Shown here piece after piece: positions 32,857 through 41,136 of a stretch of 64,000 nt of DNA. The notes under the pieces are model-generated. The model saw only the letters and a list, made by a program, of their open reading frames with translations, had not been told where the DNA came from and ran no database searches. The stretch comes from an uncultured Chloroflexia bacterium (lineage in GTDB: Bacteria; Chloroflexota; Limnocylindria; Limnocylindrales; CSP1-4), in contig CAVVCZ010000006.1 in the NCBI GenBank assembly GCA_963746845.1, positions 288,001 through 352,000 of the forward strand, given 5' to 3'. Each line of letters starts with the position of its first letter. Position 1 is the stretch's first letter. The translations under genes were made by a program, and so were the position numbers.

Positions 32857-32964
32857 GTTGCGAGTGGACCACGCCCGGTCAACCCTCGGGCAGGTCCGAA
32901 CGGCCCGGATGCGGCCGCCGGATGGCCCGTGCCGGTCGGAGCGGCGTCCAAGTAGGCTGCCGTC

Positions 32965-34236
32965 ATGCAACTCGTCTCCGCTGCCGAGGCGACGGCGGTC
33001 GTTCGCTCCGGCGACCGGGTCTACGTGCACTGCGCCGCCGCGACCCCGTCCGTCCTGCTCGACGCGCTCGTCGCACGCGCCCCCGACCTGCACGACGTCA
33101 CGGTGGTCCACCTCCACACGGAGGGCCCGGGCCCGCACCTCGCCCCGGAGATGGCCGGCCACTTCCGGCACCGCGCCCTGTTCATCGGGCCGAACGCGCG
33201 AGCCGCGGTCAACGAGGGGCGGGCCGACTACGTCCCGATCTTCCTGTCCGACGTGCCGCGGCTCTTCCTCAGCGGGGCGCTGCCCCTCGACGCCGTGCTC
33301 GTCAACGTCACCCCGCCCGACGCCCACGGGTTCTGCTCGCTCGGGACGAGCGTCGAGGCGATGCACGCCGCGATCCGCTCCGCCACGACGGTCATCGCCC
33401 AGCTGAACCGCTCGATGCCACGGACGCTCGGCGAGAGCTTCATCCACGTCGACGATATCGATCTCGCCGTCGAGGTCGACGTGCCCCCGTACGTCCCCCA
33501 GGCACCCGCGATCGGCGACATCGAGCGACGGATCGGGGCGCATGTCGGCGAGCTCGTGCCGGATGGGGCGACCCTCCAGCTCGGGATCGGCGCGATCCCC
33601 GCCGCGACCGCGCTCGCCCTGACCGACAAGCACGACCTGGGGATCCACACCGAGATGTTCACCGACGGGGTCGCCGACCTGGTCGAGGCGGGCGTCGTGA
33701 CCGGAGCCGCGAAGGAGCGCAACCGGGGCAAGATCGTGACGGCCTTCCTCATGGGGTCGGCCCGGCTGTACGACTTCGTCCACGACAACCCGATGGTCGA
33801 GATGCGCTCGGTCGACTTCACGAACGACACGCACGTGATCCGCTCGTTCAACCGGATGGTCTCGATCAACTCGGCGATCGAGGTGGACCTGACCGGCCAG
33901 GTCGTCGCCGACTCGATCGGGCACGCGCTCTACTCCGGCGTCGGCGGGCAGATGGACTTCATCCGGGGCGCGGCGCTGGCGCCCGAGGGACGCTCGGTCA
34001 TCGCGCTGCCGTCGACCGCGGCGGGTGGAACGGTCTCGCGGATCGTCGATCACCTCCGGGAGGGCGCCGGCGTCGTGACGACGCGGGCCCACGTCCGGAC
34101 GGTCGTCACGGAATGGGGCGTCGCCGAGCTCTTCGGGCTCAGCCTCCGCGAACGCGCAAAGGCGCTGATCGCGATCGCCCACCCGGACTTCCGGGCCGAG
34201 CTGCGGCGCGAGGCGACCCGGCTGCATCTCGTCTAG
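32965..34236 (+). CDS. Acetyl-CoA hydrolase/transferase (4-hydroxybutyrate CoA-transferase-like)
   Basis: LQLGIGAIP, LGIHTEM, NSAIEVDLTGQV, SGVGGQMDF, IAHPDFR. Confidence 0.93.
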   Translation: MQLVSAAEATAVVRSGDRVYVHCAAATPSVLLDALVARAPDLHDVTVVHLHTEGPGPHLAPEMAGHFRHRALFIGPNARAAVNEGRADYVPIFLSDVPRLFLSGALPLDAVLVNVTPPDAHGFCSLGTSVEAMHAAIRSATTVIAQLNRSMPRTLGESFIHVDDIDLAVEVDVPPYVPQAPAIGDIERRIGAHVGELVPDGATLQLGIGAIPAATALALTDKHDLGIHTEMFTDGVADLVEAGVVTGAAKERNRGKIVTAFLMGSARLYDFVHDNPMVEMRSVDFTNDTHVIRSFNRMVSINSAIEVDLTGQVVADSIGHALYSGVGGQMDFIRGAALAPEGRSVIALPSTAAGGTVSRIVDHLREGAGVVTTRAHVRTVVTEWGVAELFGLSLRERAKALIAIAHPDFRAELRREATRLHLV

Positions 34237-34380
34237 GCGCGCGCCCGCGGCCACCGGATCGCCGGCGGCGGGACGACTGGCGGCACCGGGCCGAATGGCC
34301 CGCGTCGAGACGACGAACGGCGCTGGGCGATGACCCCGCCGCGGTCCACGCTCGTGGCAGGTTCGAACGGAGGGTCTGCC

Positions 34381-34794
34381 ATGCTCGTCCAGCTCCTGGT
34401 CGCCGGGTTCCTGCTCGGACATGCGGCGCTCCACATCGCGTTCATCGCCCCGGCCCCGCCGGCGACCGCCGACGGGCCCGCGTGGCCGTTCACCACCGCG
34501 GACTCGTGGCTCTTCACGCGGCTCGGCGTGCCGTCCGATACGGCGCGGCTCGTCGCCATCGCGCTCGTCGCGGCCACGATCGCCGGGTTCGCGCTGGCCG
34601 CGATCGTCGCGCTCGGCTTCCTGCCCGAGGCGATCTGGGTCCCGTCGATCCTCATCGGTGCCGTCGCGTCGCTCGGCCTGCTGGTGACCTGCTTCCACCC
34701 GTGGCTGGCCCTGGGCGTCGTCATCGACGTCGCCCTGATCTGGGCCTGCCTGATCGCGGGCTGGACCCCCGGTGGATCGGAGTCGGCGGTCTGA
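34381..34794 (+). CDS. Four-TM membrane protein
   Basis: GGAGG RBS; HAALH motif; hydrophobic segments. Confidence 0.75.
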   Translation: MLVQLLVAGFLLGHAALHIAFIAPAPPATADGPAWPFTTADSWLFTRLGVPSDTARLVAIALVAATIAGFALAAIVALGFLPEAIWVPSILIGAVASLGLLVTCFHPWLALGVVIDVALIWACLIAGWTPGGSESAV

Positions 34795-34820
34795 TCCGCC
34801 CGCGTGGAAAGGAGCTCACC

Positions 34821-35339
34821 ATGAAGGTCCTCGTCACCGCCGCGTCGAAGCACGGCTCGACCGCGGAGATCGCGTCCGTGATCGCCGCCGTCCTCCGGAC
34901 ATCCGGCATCGAGGTCGACGTCACGCCGCCCGAGTCGGTCGAGGCGATCGACGGCTACGACGCCGTCGTTCTCGGGTCCGGCGTGTATGCCAGCCACTGG
35001 CTGCAGCCGGCCAAGGCGTTCGTCGACCGCTGGGAGGACGACCTCGGCGAGCGGCCCGTGTTCCTCTTCTCGAGCGGACCGCTCGGGGAGCTCCCGAAGC
35101 CGACCGAGGATCCCATCGATGTCGAGGAGATCGATCGGCATACCCATGCAGTCGACCACCAGGTCTTCGCCGGTCGGCTCACTCGCAGTGAGATGAGCCT
35201 GCCGGAGAAGATGATCCTGACGGTCGTTCGCGCGCCGGACGGCGACTTCCGGCCGTGGGACGACATCTCGGACTGGGCGAACGAGATCGCCCGCTTCCTC
35301 CTCGGAACGTCGACCGCGGCGGAGGTCGGCCCCGGCTGA
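34821..35339 (+). CDS. Flavodoxin domain protein (HemG-like)
   Basis: ASKHGSTAEIA, YDAVVLGSGVY, FSSGP, FAG, GDFRPWDDI..WA. Confidence 0.88.
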   Translation: MKVLVTAASKHGSTAEIASVIAAVLRTSGIEVDVTPPESVEAIDGYDAVVLGSGVYASHWLQPAKAFVDRWEDDLGERPVFLFSSGPLGELPKPTEDPIDVEEIDRHTHAVDHQVFAGRLTRSEMSLPEKMILTVVRAPDGDFRPWDDISDWANEIARFLLGTSTAAEVGPG

Positions 35340-35397
35340 CGGCGGCGGCGCGCGTGGCCGCACGGCGAGCTCCCTGGGTGGCCGCGCGACGAGGACA

Positions 35398-35428
35398 AGA
35401 CGGGCCGGCCCGATGGGCCGGCCCGTCT
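35398..35428. terminator. Hairpin between convergent flavodoxin and ADH genes
   Basis: agacgggccggccc-gat-gggccggcccgtct perfect 14-bp stem. Confidence 0.7.
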
Positions 35429-35456
35429 CGCAATGGAGGGGCGTTGGACGCCGTCC

Positions 35457-36533
35457 CTACGGCGTGATCGCGACCTTCAGGACGCCGTCGAGGCGTCCGC
35501 TGAACACCCGGTAGGCCTCACCGATCTGGCTCAGCGGGAACCGATGGGTCAGCAGGGGCGTGGGATCGAACCGTCCGGACCGGACGGTGGCGATCAGCCG
35601 GCTCATCCGCTCCTTGCCGCCGGGGCAGAGCGTCGTCACGATCCGGTGATCACCGAGCCCGGCAGCGAACGCCGAGTACGGCATCTCGAGCTTCCGGGAG
35701 TAGACGCCGAGGCTGGACAGCGTCCCGCCCGGCCGCAGCGACCGGAGGGCGCTCTCGAACGTCTGCTGCGTCCCGAGCGCCTCGATCGCGACGTCCGCGC
35801 CGCGACCCTGGGTCCGATGCATGACCTCCTCGATGACGTCGACCTTCGTGAAGTCGAGGGTCACGTCCGCGCCCATCCGCTTCGACATCGCCAGGCGGAC
35901 CGGGTCGCTGTCGACCCCGATGACCTGGGCGGCGCCCATCAGCCGGGCCCCGACCGTCGCACACAGCCCGATGGGGCCCTGGGCGAACACGACGACGGTG
36001 TCACCGATCCGCACGCCACCGGACTCGGCGCCCGCGAACCCGGTCGACGCGATGTCGGCGAGCAGGACGACCTGCTCGTCGGTCACGTCGTCCGGGATCA
36101 GGGCGAGGTTCGCCTGGGCGGACGGGACGAGCAGGTACTCGGCCTGCGCGCCGTCGATCGTGTTGCCGAACCGCCAGCCGCCGATCGCCTCGTAGCCGGA
36201 CCCATGACCGCACTGGGACAGGTGGCCGGAGAGGCAGGCATGGCACTGGCCGCAGGGCGTGATCGCCCCGACCAGCACCCGGTCGCCGACGTCGTAGCCG
36301 GTGATCCCGGATCCGAGCTCCTCGATGACGCCGACCGGCTCGTGCCCGAGGACGAGGCCAGGGCGGACCGGATACTCACCCTTGACGATGTGGACGTCCG
36401 TCCCGCAGATCGTCGTCAGCGTGACGCGGATCAGGGCCTCGCCCGGTCCCGGCCGCGGTCGGCCCACCTCCTCGATGGAGAACTCGTTCGGGGCCCGGAA
36501 GACATTGGCCCGCATGGTGTCGATCGCGATCAT
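35457..36533 (-). CDS. Zinc-dependent alcohol dehydrogenase
   Basis: ICGTD, GHEPVG, CGQCHAC..C, QGPIGL, TLCPGGKERM. Confidence 0.93.
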   Translation of the reverse strand: MIAIDTMRANVFRAPNEFSIEEVGRPRPGPGEALIRVTLTTICGTDVHIVKGEYPVRPGLVLGHEPVGVIEELGSGITGYDVGDRVLVGAITPCGQCHACLSGHLSQCGHGSGYEAIGGWRFGNTIDGAQAEYLLVPSAQANLALIPDDVTDEQVVLLADIASTGFAGAESGGVRIGDTVVVFAQGPIGLCATVGARLMGAAQVIGVDSDPVRLAMSKRMGADVTLDFTKVDVIEEVMHRTQGRGADVAIEALGTQQTFESALRSLRPGGTLSSLGVYSRKLEMPYSAFAAGLGDHRIVTTLCPGGKERMSRLIATVRSGRFDPTPLLTHRFPLSQIGEAYRVFSGRLDGVLKVAITP

Positions 36534-36662
36534 CTCGGCGCTCCCTTCGCTGTGCACGGTGAATCCAGATCGCTGATCCGAGGCTGGTCTCCGGGCCGCT
36601 TCGGTGCCAGTGCCGAAGGTCCCGTCCGACGGGGCGGGCCGGCCCTCGGGCAAGATGCGCGG

Positions 36663-37199
36663 ATGACCGATCGACCTCCGCGGATCGTCCTCGTCGGGAT
36701 GATGGGATCGGGCAAGACGACCGTCGGCCGGGCGCTGGCGACGGCGCTGGGCTGGCCCTTCCTCGACAACGACGAGCTGGTCCGGGAGATGACCGGGCGG
36801 ACCGGGCCGGAGCTGTTCGCGGCCGACGGGGAGCTCGCGCTCCACCGGGCCGAGCGGGCCGCGTTCGGCGACGCGATCGGGCGACCGACGCCGTCCGTCG
36901 TGACGGCAGCCGGGTCCGTGATCGACGATCCCTGGCTGCGCGCCGCGCTCCCGAACGCGGGCTGGGTCGTCTGGCTCGATGCGGAGCCGGCGACGCTCGT
37001 CGCGCGGATCGCCGCCGGCGAGGGGCGCCGATCGGATGCGCCGGACGTCGGATGGCTGTCGACGCTGTTGATCGCCCGGTCGCCGCTGTGGACCGCGGTC
37101 GCCGACCAGATCGTCGAGGTCGACGGACGGGGCGTCGAGGAGGTCGTCGGCGCGATCCTGTCGGCGTCCGGACTGGGCCGGGAGTCGTCAGCCGGCTGA
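36663..37199 (+). CDS. aroK: Shikimate kinase family protein
   Basis: VGMMGSGKTTVGRALA, FLDND, VVWLDA. Confidence 0.8.
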   Translation: MTDRPPRIVLVGMMGSGKTTVGRALATALGWPFLDNDELVREMTGRTGPELFAADGELALHRAERAAFGDAIGRPTPSVVTAAGSVIDDPWLRAALPNAGWVVWLDAEPATLVARIAAGEGRRSDAPDVGWLSTLLIARSPLWTAVADQIVEVDGRGVEEVVGAILSASGLGRESSAG

Positions 37200-37958
37200 C
37201 GACTCCGGGGCGACGACGTCGGCCAGCGCGCCGTGCAGCTCGATCGAGTGCGTCCGCAGCCAGCGACGCCAGACGAGGTGGTCCGGGCGCCGCGACGCGA
37301 CGACCGCCCAGAAGCGTGGGCCGTGACCGAACACCCGGAGATGGGCGAGCTCGTGGATCACGACGGTCTCCAGCGCCTCGGGCGGCGCGAGGATGAGCCG
37401 CCAGCTGAACATCAGGCGACCCTGGCGTGACGCGCTCCCCCAGCGGCTCCGTGGGTCGCGGATGCTGATCGTCGCGGGCCGGACCCCGAGGGCCATCGCG
37501 TGGTCGTCGATCGTCGCCTCGAGGGCGACCCGGGCCTGCTCGCGGAACCAGCCGTCGAGGACGCGGGCGATCGCGTCCCGGTCGCGAGCGGCCGGCGCCA
37601 CACGGAGCTCGAAGCCGTCCGGCCGGACGATCCGCGCGACGGTCGATCGGCGGGCCGGCGTGATCGGGGCGATCCGGAGGCGGTGAAGCTCCCCGCGGAA
37701 GCGGATGACCGCTCCGTCGGCGAGACCGCCGCGGGCGGCGAGCTCGGCGCGCTCCCGGGCGCGCCGGTCCAGGTGGCGGCGGATCCAGGCATCGCGGTCC
37801 TGGAGGAACGCGTCGATCCGGGCTTCCGGGTGCGCCCAACCGCGACGGCTCGGCGGCGGCACGGTGACGACGAGGCCGAGCTCGGGGTCGATCGTGATCC
37901 GGAGATGGCGTGACCGCGCCGAATGGCGCAGGGTGTAGGCGACGGGCGAGCCGCTCAG
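37188..37958 (-). CDS. SprT-like/M48 (YgjP, DUF45) metallopeptidase family protein
   Basis: SRWGSAS, FSWRLILAP, VIHELAHL..HGPRFW; start uncertain (possible CTG at 37958). Confidence 0.85.
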   Translation of the reverse strand: MSGSPVAYTLRHSARSRHLRITIDPELGLVVTVPPPSRRGWAHPEARIDAFLQDRDAWIRRHLDRRARERAELAARGGLADGAVIRFRGELHRLRIAPITPARRSTVARIVRPDGFELRVAPAARDRDAIARVLDGWFREQARVALEATIDDHAMALGVRPATISIRDPRSRWGSASRQGRLMFSWRLILAPPEALETVVIHELAHLRVFGHGPRFWAVVASRRPDHLVWRRWLRTHSIELHGALADVVAPESSAG

Positions 37959-38404
37959 CGCGCCCGGCCCTCGCGCAGGGTCGCGACCGCCTTCTCGATC
38001 CGTCGCGCGCGGGTCTCGTCGCTCTTCGCGGCGTTGATCGGATCGACCCAGAACCGCTGGTTGCTGTAGGACAGGCCGTCGAACGTCGCGCGTGCGGCCG
38101 GCACGGCGTCGAGCGCGGCGGCCAGGTCGTCCGGCACCGCCATGACGCGCGGCGCGGTGTCGAGCACGACCTCGACGTCGATCATCTCGCCGCCGCGGAC
38201 GCCCGTCGCCTGCCGGACCGCCTCGCTCACGCCGATCATCGGGCCGCCGTTCACCGTGGCGACGCTGCTCCGATACGTGAACCCGTTGATCGTCACCGAC
38301 ACCTTCGGCGCCTTGCCGGCCCCGAGGGCCGTCATGACCTCTTCGGGGACCTGGATGCCCGTCGCCGTCTTCGAGCTCTGGAAGAGCTCCGTCCGGAATT
38401 GCAT
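37955..38404 (-). CDS. DUF1905 / YdeI-OmpD-associated family protein
   Basis: TATGIQVP, VPDDLAAAL, FDGLSYSNQR, AKSDETRARRI. Confidence 0.88.
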   Translation of the reverse strand: MQFRTELFQSSKTATGIQVPEEVMTALGAGKAPKVSVTINGFTYRSSVATVNGGPMIGVSEAVRQATGVRGGEMIDVEVVLDTAPRVMAVPDDLAAALDAVPAARATFDGLSYSNQRFWVDPINAAKSDETRARRIEKAVATLREGRAR

Positions 38405-38476
38405 GCCCGTAGCGTGCCACAGCCTGTATCGTCCGCGGCGCGCACCCCATTTCCTCGTCCCAGGAGCGAGCGTGGC

Positions 38477-39076
38477 ATGGACGTCGTCCTTCTCGGGTTC
38501 ATCGCCGGGTTCATCTACGGCGGCTACCGATCCGGGTTCCTGAAGCGACTGTTCGGGATCGTCTTCGTGGTCATCGCGCTGCTGGCCACGGCGTACCTCC
38601 GGTACCCGGTGGCCGCGATCGCCTCGGCCCTCTTCAAGGACATCCCGGCGGACTACGCCGAGCTCGTCGCCGCGATCATCGTCTTCCCCGCCGTCCTCGC
38701 CGCCCTGCACCTCCTGAGCGGGACGATGATCGAGCGGATCCACGTCCAGGGCCTCACCCAGGCCGTCGATGGCGCCCTCGGCGCGGTCCTCGGGTTCGTC
38801 GAGGCGATCCTCATCCTGTCGGCCCTCGTCGTGATCGTCGACGCCTATTTCGGCTCGTCGTCGACCGCGATCGCCGGCGTGTCGACCGGCTACGTCAAGG
38901 ACATCGTCAAGGCGTTCAATGCCTCGGAGACGGTGCGGCTGCTCCGCGACACGACGGTCCCGTTCGTGGTGGCGATCCTCGGCCCGCTGCTCCCGAAGGA
39001 CCTGGGCGAGGTCGTCCCGAAGGGCCTGCCGGGCATCCCGGGCCTCCCCGGTGGCAGCGGCCTGCCGATCCCGTAG
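38477..39076 (+). CDS. CvpA (colicin V production) family protein
   Basis: MDVVLL..IYGGYRSGFLK, DGALGAVLGFVE. Confidence 0.85.
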   Translation: MDVVLLGFIAGFIYGGYRSGFLKRLFGIVFVVIALLATAYLRYPVAAIASALFKDIPADYAELVAAIIVFPAVLAALHLLSGTMIERIHVQGLTQAVDGALGAVLGFVEAILILSALVVIVDAYFGSSSTAIAGVSTGYVKDIVKAFNASETVRLLRDTTVPFVVAILGPLLPKDLGEVVPKGLPGIPGLPGGSGLPIP

Positions 39077-39175
39077 CGGACCGACCGCGGACCGCCCGTC
39101 CCGACTAGCCCGGATCGTCGATCCCGCGCGTCTACCCTTCGAGGGCCGCCGGACGAGCGGCCAGACGAGGGGCCG

Positions 39176-39712
39176 ATGACCGTCGAGGCGATCCGAAGCC
39201 GCCGCCCACAGACGCTCGCGGACCTCCTCGAGGCACACGGGCGGGAGATCCAGGCCGTCGCCTGGCTGATCCTGCGCGACCGCCCGCTCGCCGAGGACGT
39301 GACGATCGAGACGCTGCTGACCGCGTTCGAGAAAGGCGGCTCGATCCGCGACGACGCCGCCCTCCGGCCGTGGCTCCTCCGGGTCGCGACGAACCGGGCA
39401 CTGAGCATCCGCCGATCGTCGTCGCGGGTCGTGGACCTGACGCTGGTGCCGGACCGGGCGGCACCCGGAGACCTGGCCGTCGACTCGGCGGATCACCTCG
39501 TCCTGCTCGCCGGCGTCGCCGATCTGCCGCTCCAGATGCGCGCCGCGGTCGTCCTCCGCTACTACGCCGACCTCCCGGTCGAGGAGGTGGCACGAGCGCT
39601 CGGCAAGAGCCCGAACACGATCAAGGCCCAGCTCCAGACCGCGCTCGACCGGCTGCGCCGGTCGCTCGCCGACCCGGCCGTCCCGTCGGCCACGGAGGCC
39701 CGCCATGCATGA
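39176..39712 (+). CDS. ECF sigma-70 factor
   Basis: AEDVTIET, WLLRVATN, LP..MRAAVVLRYYADL..EEVA..LG....TIK. Confidence 0.92.
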   Translation: MTVEAIRSRRPQTLADLLEAHGREIQAVAWLILRDRPLAEDVTIETLLTAFEKGGSIRDDAALRPWLLRVATNRALSIRRSSSRVVDLTLVPDRAAPGDLAVDSADHLVLLAGVADLPLQMRAAVVLRYYADLPVEEVARALGKSPNTIKAQLQTALDRLRRSLADPAVPSATEARHA

Positions 39713-41123
39713 CGAGATGCTCGAGCGGCGTCTGCGCGACGCGCTCCGGTCGGAGGGCGACGCCCTCGGCCTGACGATCACGGCCGCCGAGCTGGAGCGG
39801 CGGCTGGCGCTGCGACGACGCCGCGGGGTCGGCAGGACGGCGACGCTGCTGGTCGCGGCCGGGATCGGGATCGGGATCCTCGGCGTGGCCGGAGCGGCCG
39901 CGGGCTGGTTCGACCGGGTGACGCTGCCCCCGGGCCCGGCGCCGTCGACCGCACCGGCGCTCGTGAGCAAGACATCACCGTCGCCCGTCGCGTCGCCGCC
40001 GGCGAGCGCGGCGCCGCCCGAGCTGCCGACGCTCGACGCGCTCATCGCCGCGGGCGATCCCTCGACGGTCGTGCTCGCCCAGGCCCATGGACCTGCCGAG
40101 GGACCGGCCGCCCTACCGCCATCGGTGTCCGTCGATCCGCCGCGCGTGCAGCTGGCGCTGCCACCGGGCCCCGGGGACTACGAGGCGACGTTCGCGTGCA
40201 TCAGCGGCGGCCGGATGGGCTACTTCGTCAAGGATCCGGCGAGGTTCGGCGTGCTCGTGACGCCGGACACCGCATGCGACGGGTCGCTCACGACGAAGAC
40301 GTTCCGGGACCAGGGCACGCTGCTCGATCTCGTGGCCGAGGCGCCGCAGGCCAGCTGGCGCGTCGTCGTCCGCCGCCTCTCTGCACCCTCGGGGCCGATC
40401 GACGGGGTGACCGAGCCGCCGGTCGACCCCGGCCAGGAGGAGTTCGCGCGGACGACGGACCAGGACGTCGGTGGGAGCCCCTCGACGGAATCCGCGACGC
40501 CCGGGGCATCGATCGTGCCGGTCCGGATCGTCAGCCTCCCGGCCCGCCGCGGGTACAACCTCAGCCTGTCGTGCCTGGGGGCGCCCTTGATGCGGATCGT
40601 CTTCGGGGACGACTCGACCGATCCGCCGGTCGCCGACACGGACACGCAGGTGTTCTGCGACGGCATCGTCCACAGGCACGAGCTGTCCATCGCCTACCCG
40701 AACGGCACCAGCGTCTACGTGACGCCGGTGGCCGGAATGACGTGGCGGCTCGTCGTGTCGTCGGACGCCGCGCCGATCCAGCTGATCGATCGCGAACCCG
40801 GCTGGCGGCTCTCGACCGGCCTGGGACCGAGCTTCCGGTTCGATGCCGCCGAGCAGGGCCTCTCCCTGTACGCCCACGATCGACGGGGTCCGGTCCGTGT
40901 CGCCGTCTCGTGCGCGGGTGATGGGATCGCGAACATCAGCCTCGAGACGGGGGCCCCCGCGGGTTCGAAGGACGCATTCGAGGTCGACTGTCGCGCCGGC
41001 GGCGGCTCGGTCGATCGGACGGTGGACCTGCCGGGCGGCAACGTCCAATTGACGTATCAGGTGCCGTCCCGGACCTGGATCGCGGTTTCCGCTCTCGTGC
41101 CCGAACCGTCCGCAGCGCCGTGA
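39705..41123 (+). CDS. Putative membrane anti-sigma factor with repeated extracytoplasmic domains
   Basis: Overlaps the sigma stop; LERRLRDAL N-terminus, one TM, Pro-rich linker, three Cys-pair repeats. Confidence 0.7.
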   Translation: MHDEMLERRLRDALRSEGDALGLTITAAELERRLALRRRRGVGRTATLLVAAGIGIGILGVAGAAAGWFDRVTLPPGPAPSTAPALVSKTSPSPVASPPASAAPPELPTLDALIAAGDPSTVVLAQAHGPAEGPAALPPSVSVDPPRVQLALPPGPGDYEATFACISGGRMGYFVKDPARFGVLVTPDTACDGSLTTKTFRDQGTLLDLVAEAPQASWRVVVRRLSAPSGPIDGVTEPPVDPGQEEFARTTDQDVGGSPSTESATPGASIVPVRIVSLPARRGYNLSLSCLGAPLMRIVFGDDSTDPPVADTDTQVFCDGIVHRHELSIAYPNGTSVYVTPVAGMTWRLVVSSDAAPIQLIDREPGWRLSTGLGPSFRFDAAEQGLSLYAHDRRGPVRVAVSCAGDGIANISLETGAPAGSKDAFEVDCRAGGGSVDRTVDLPGGNVQLTYQVPSRTWIAVSALVPEPSAAP

Positions 41124-41136
41124 CGGCGCCGGCGCA

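Noticed and set aside
32922-37199. Apparent long fusion ORFs (32922-35339, 35433-37199; also 916-2919, 37955-40045, 52529-54424)
   Set aside because: Only the C-terminal parts are real genes with their own starts; the upstream parts overlap other genes out of frame.
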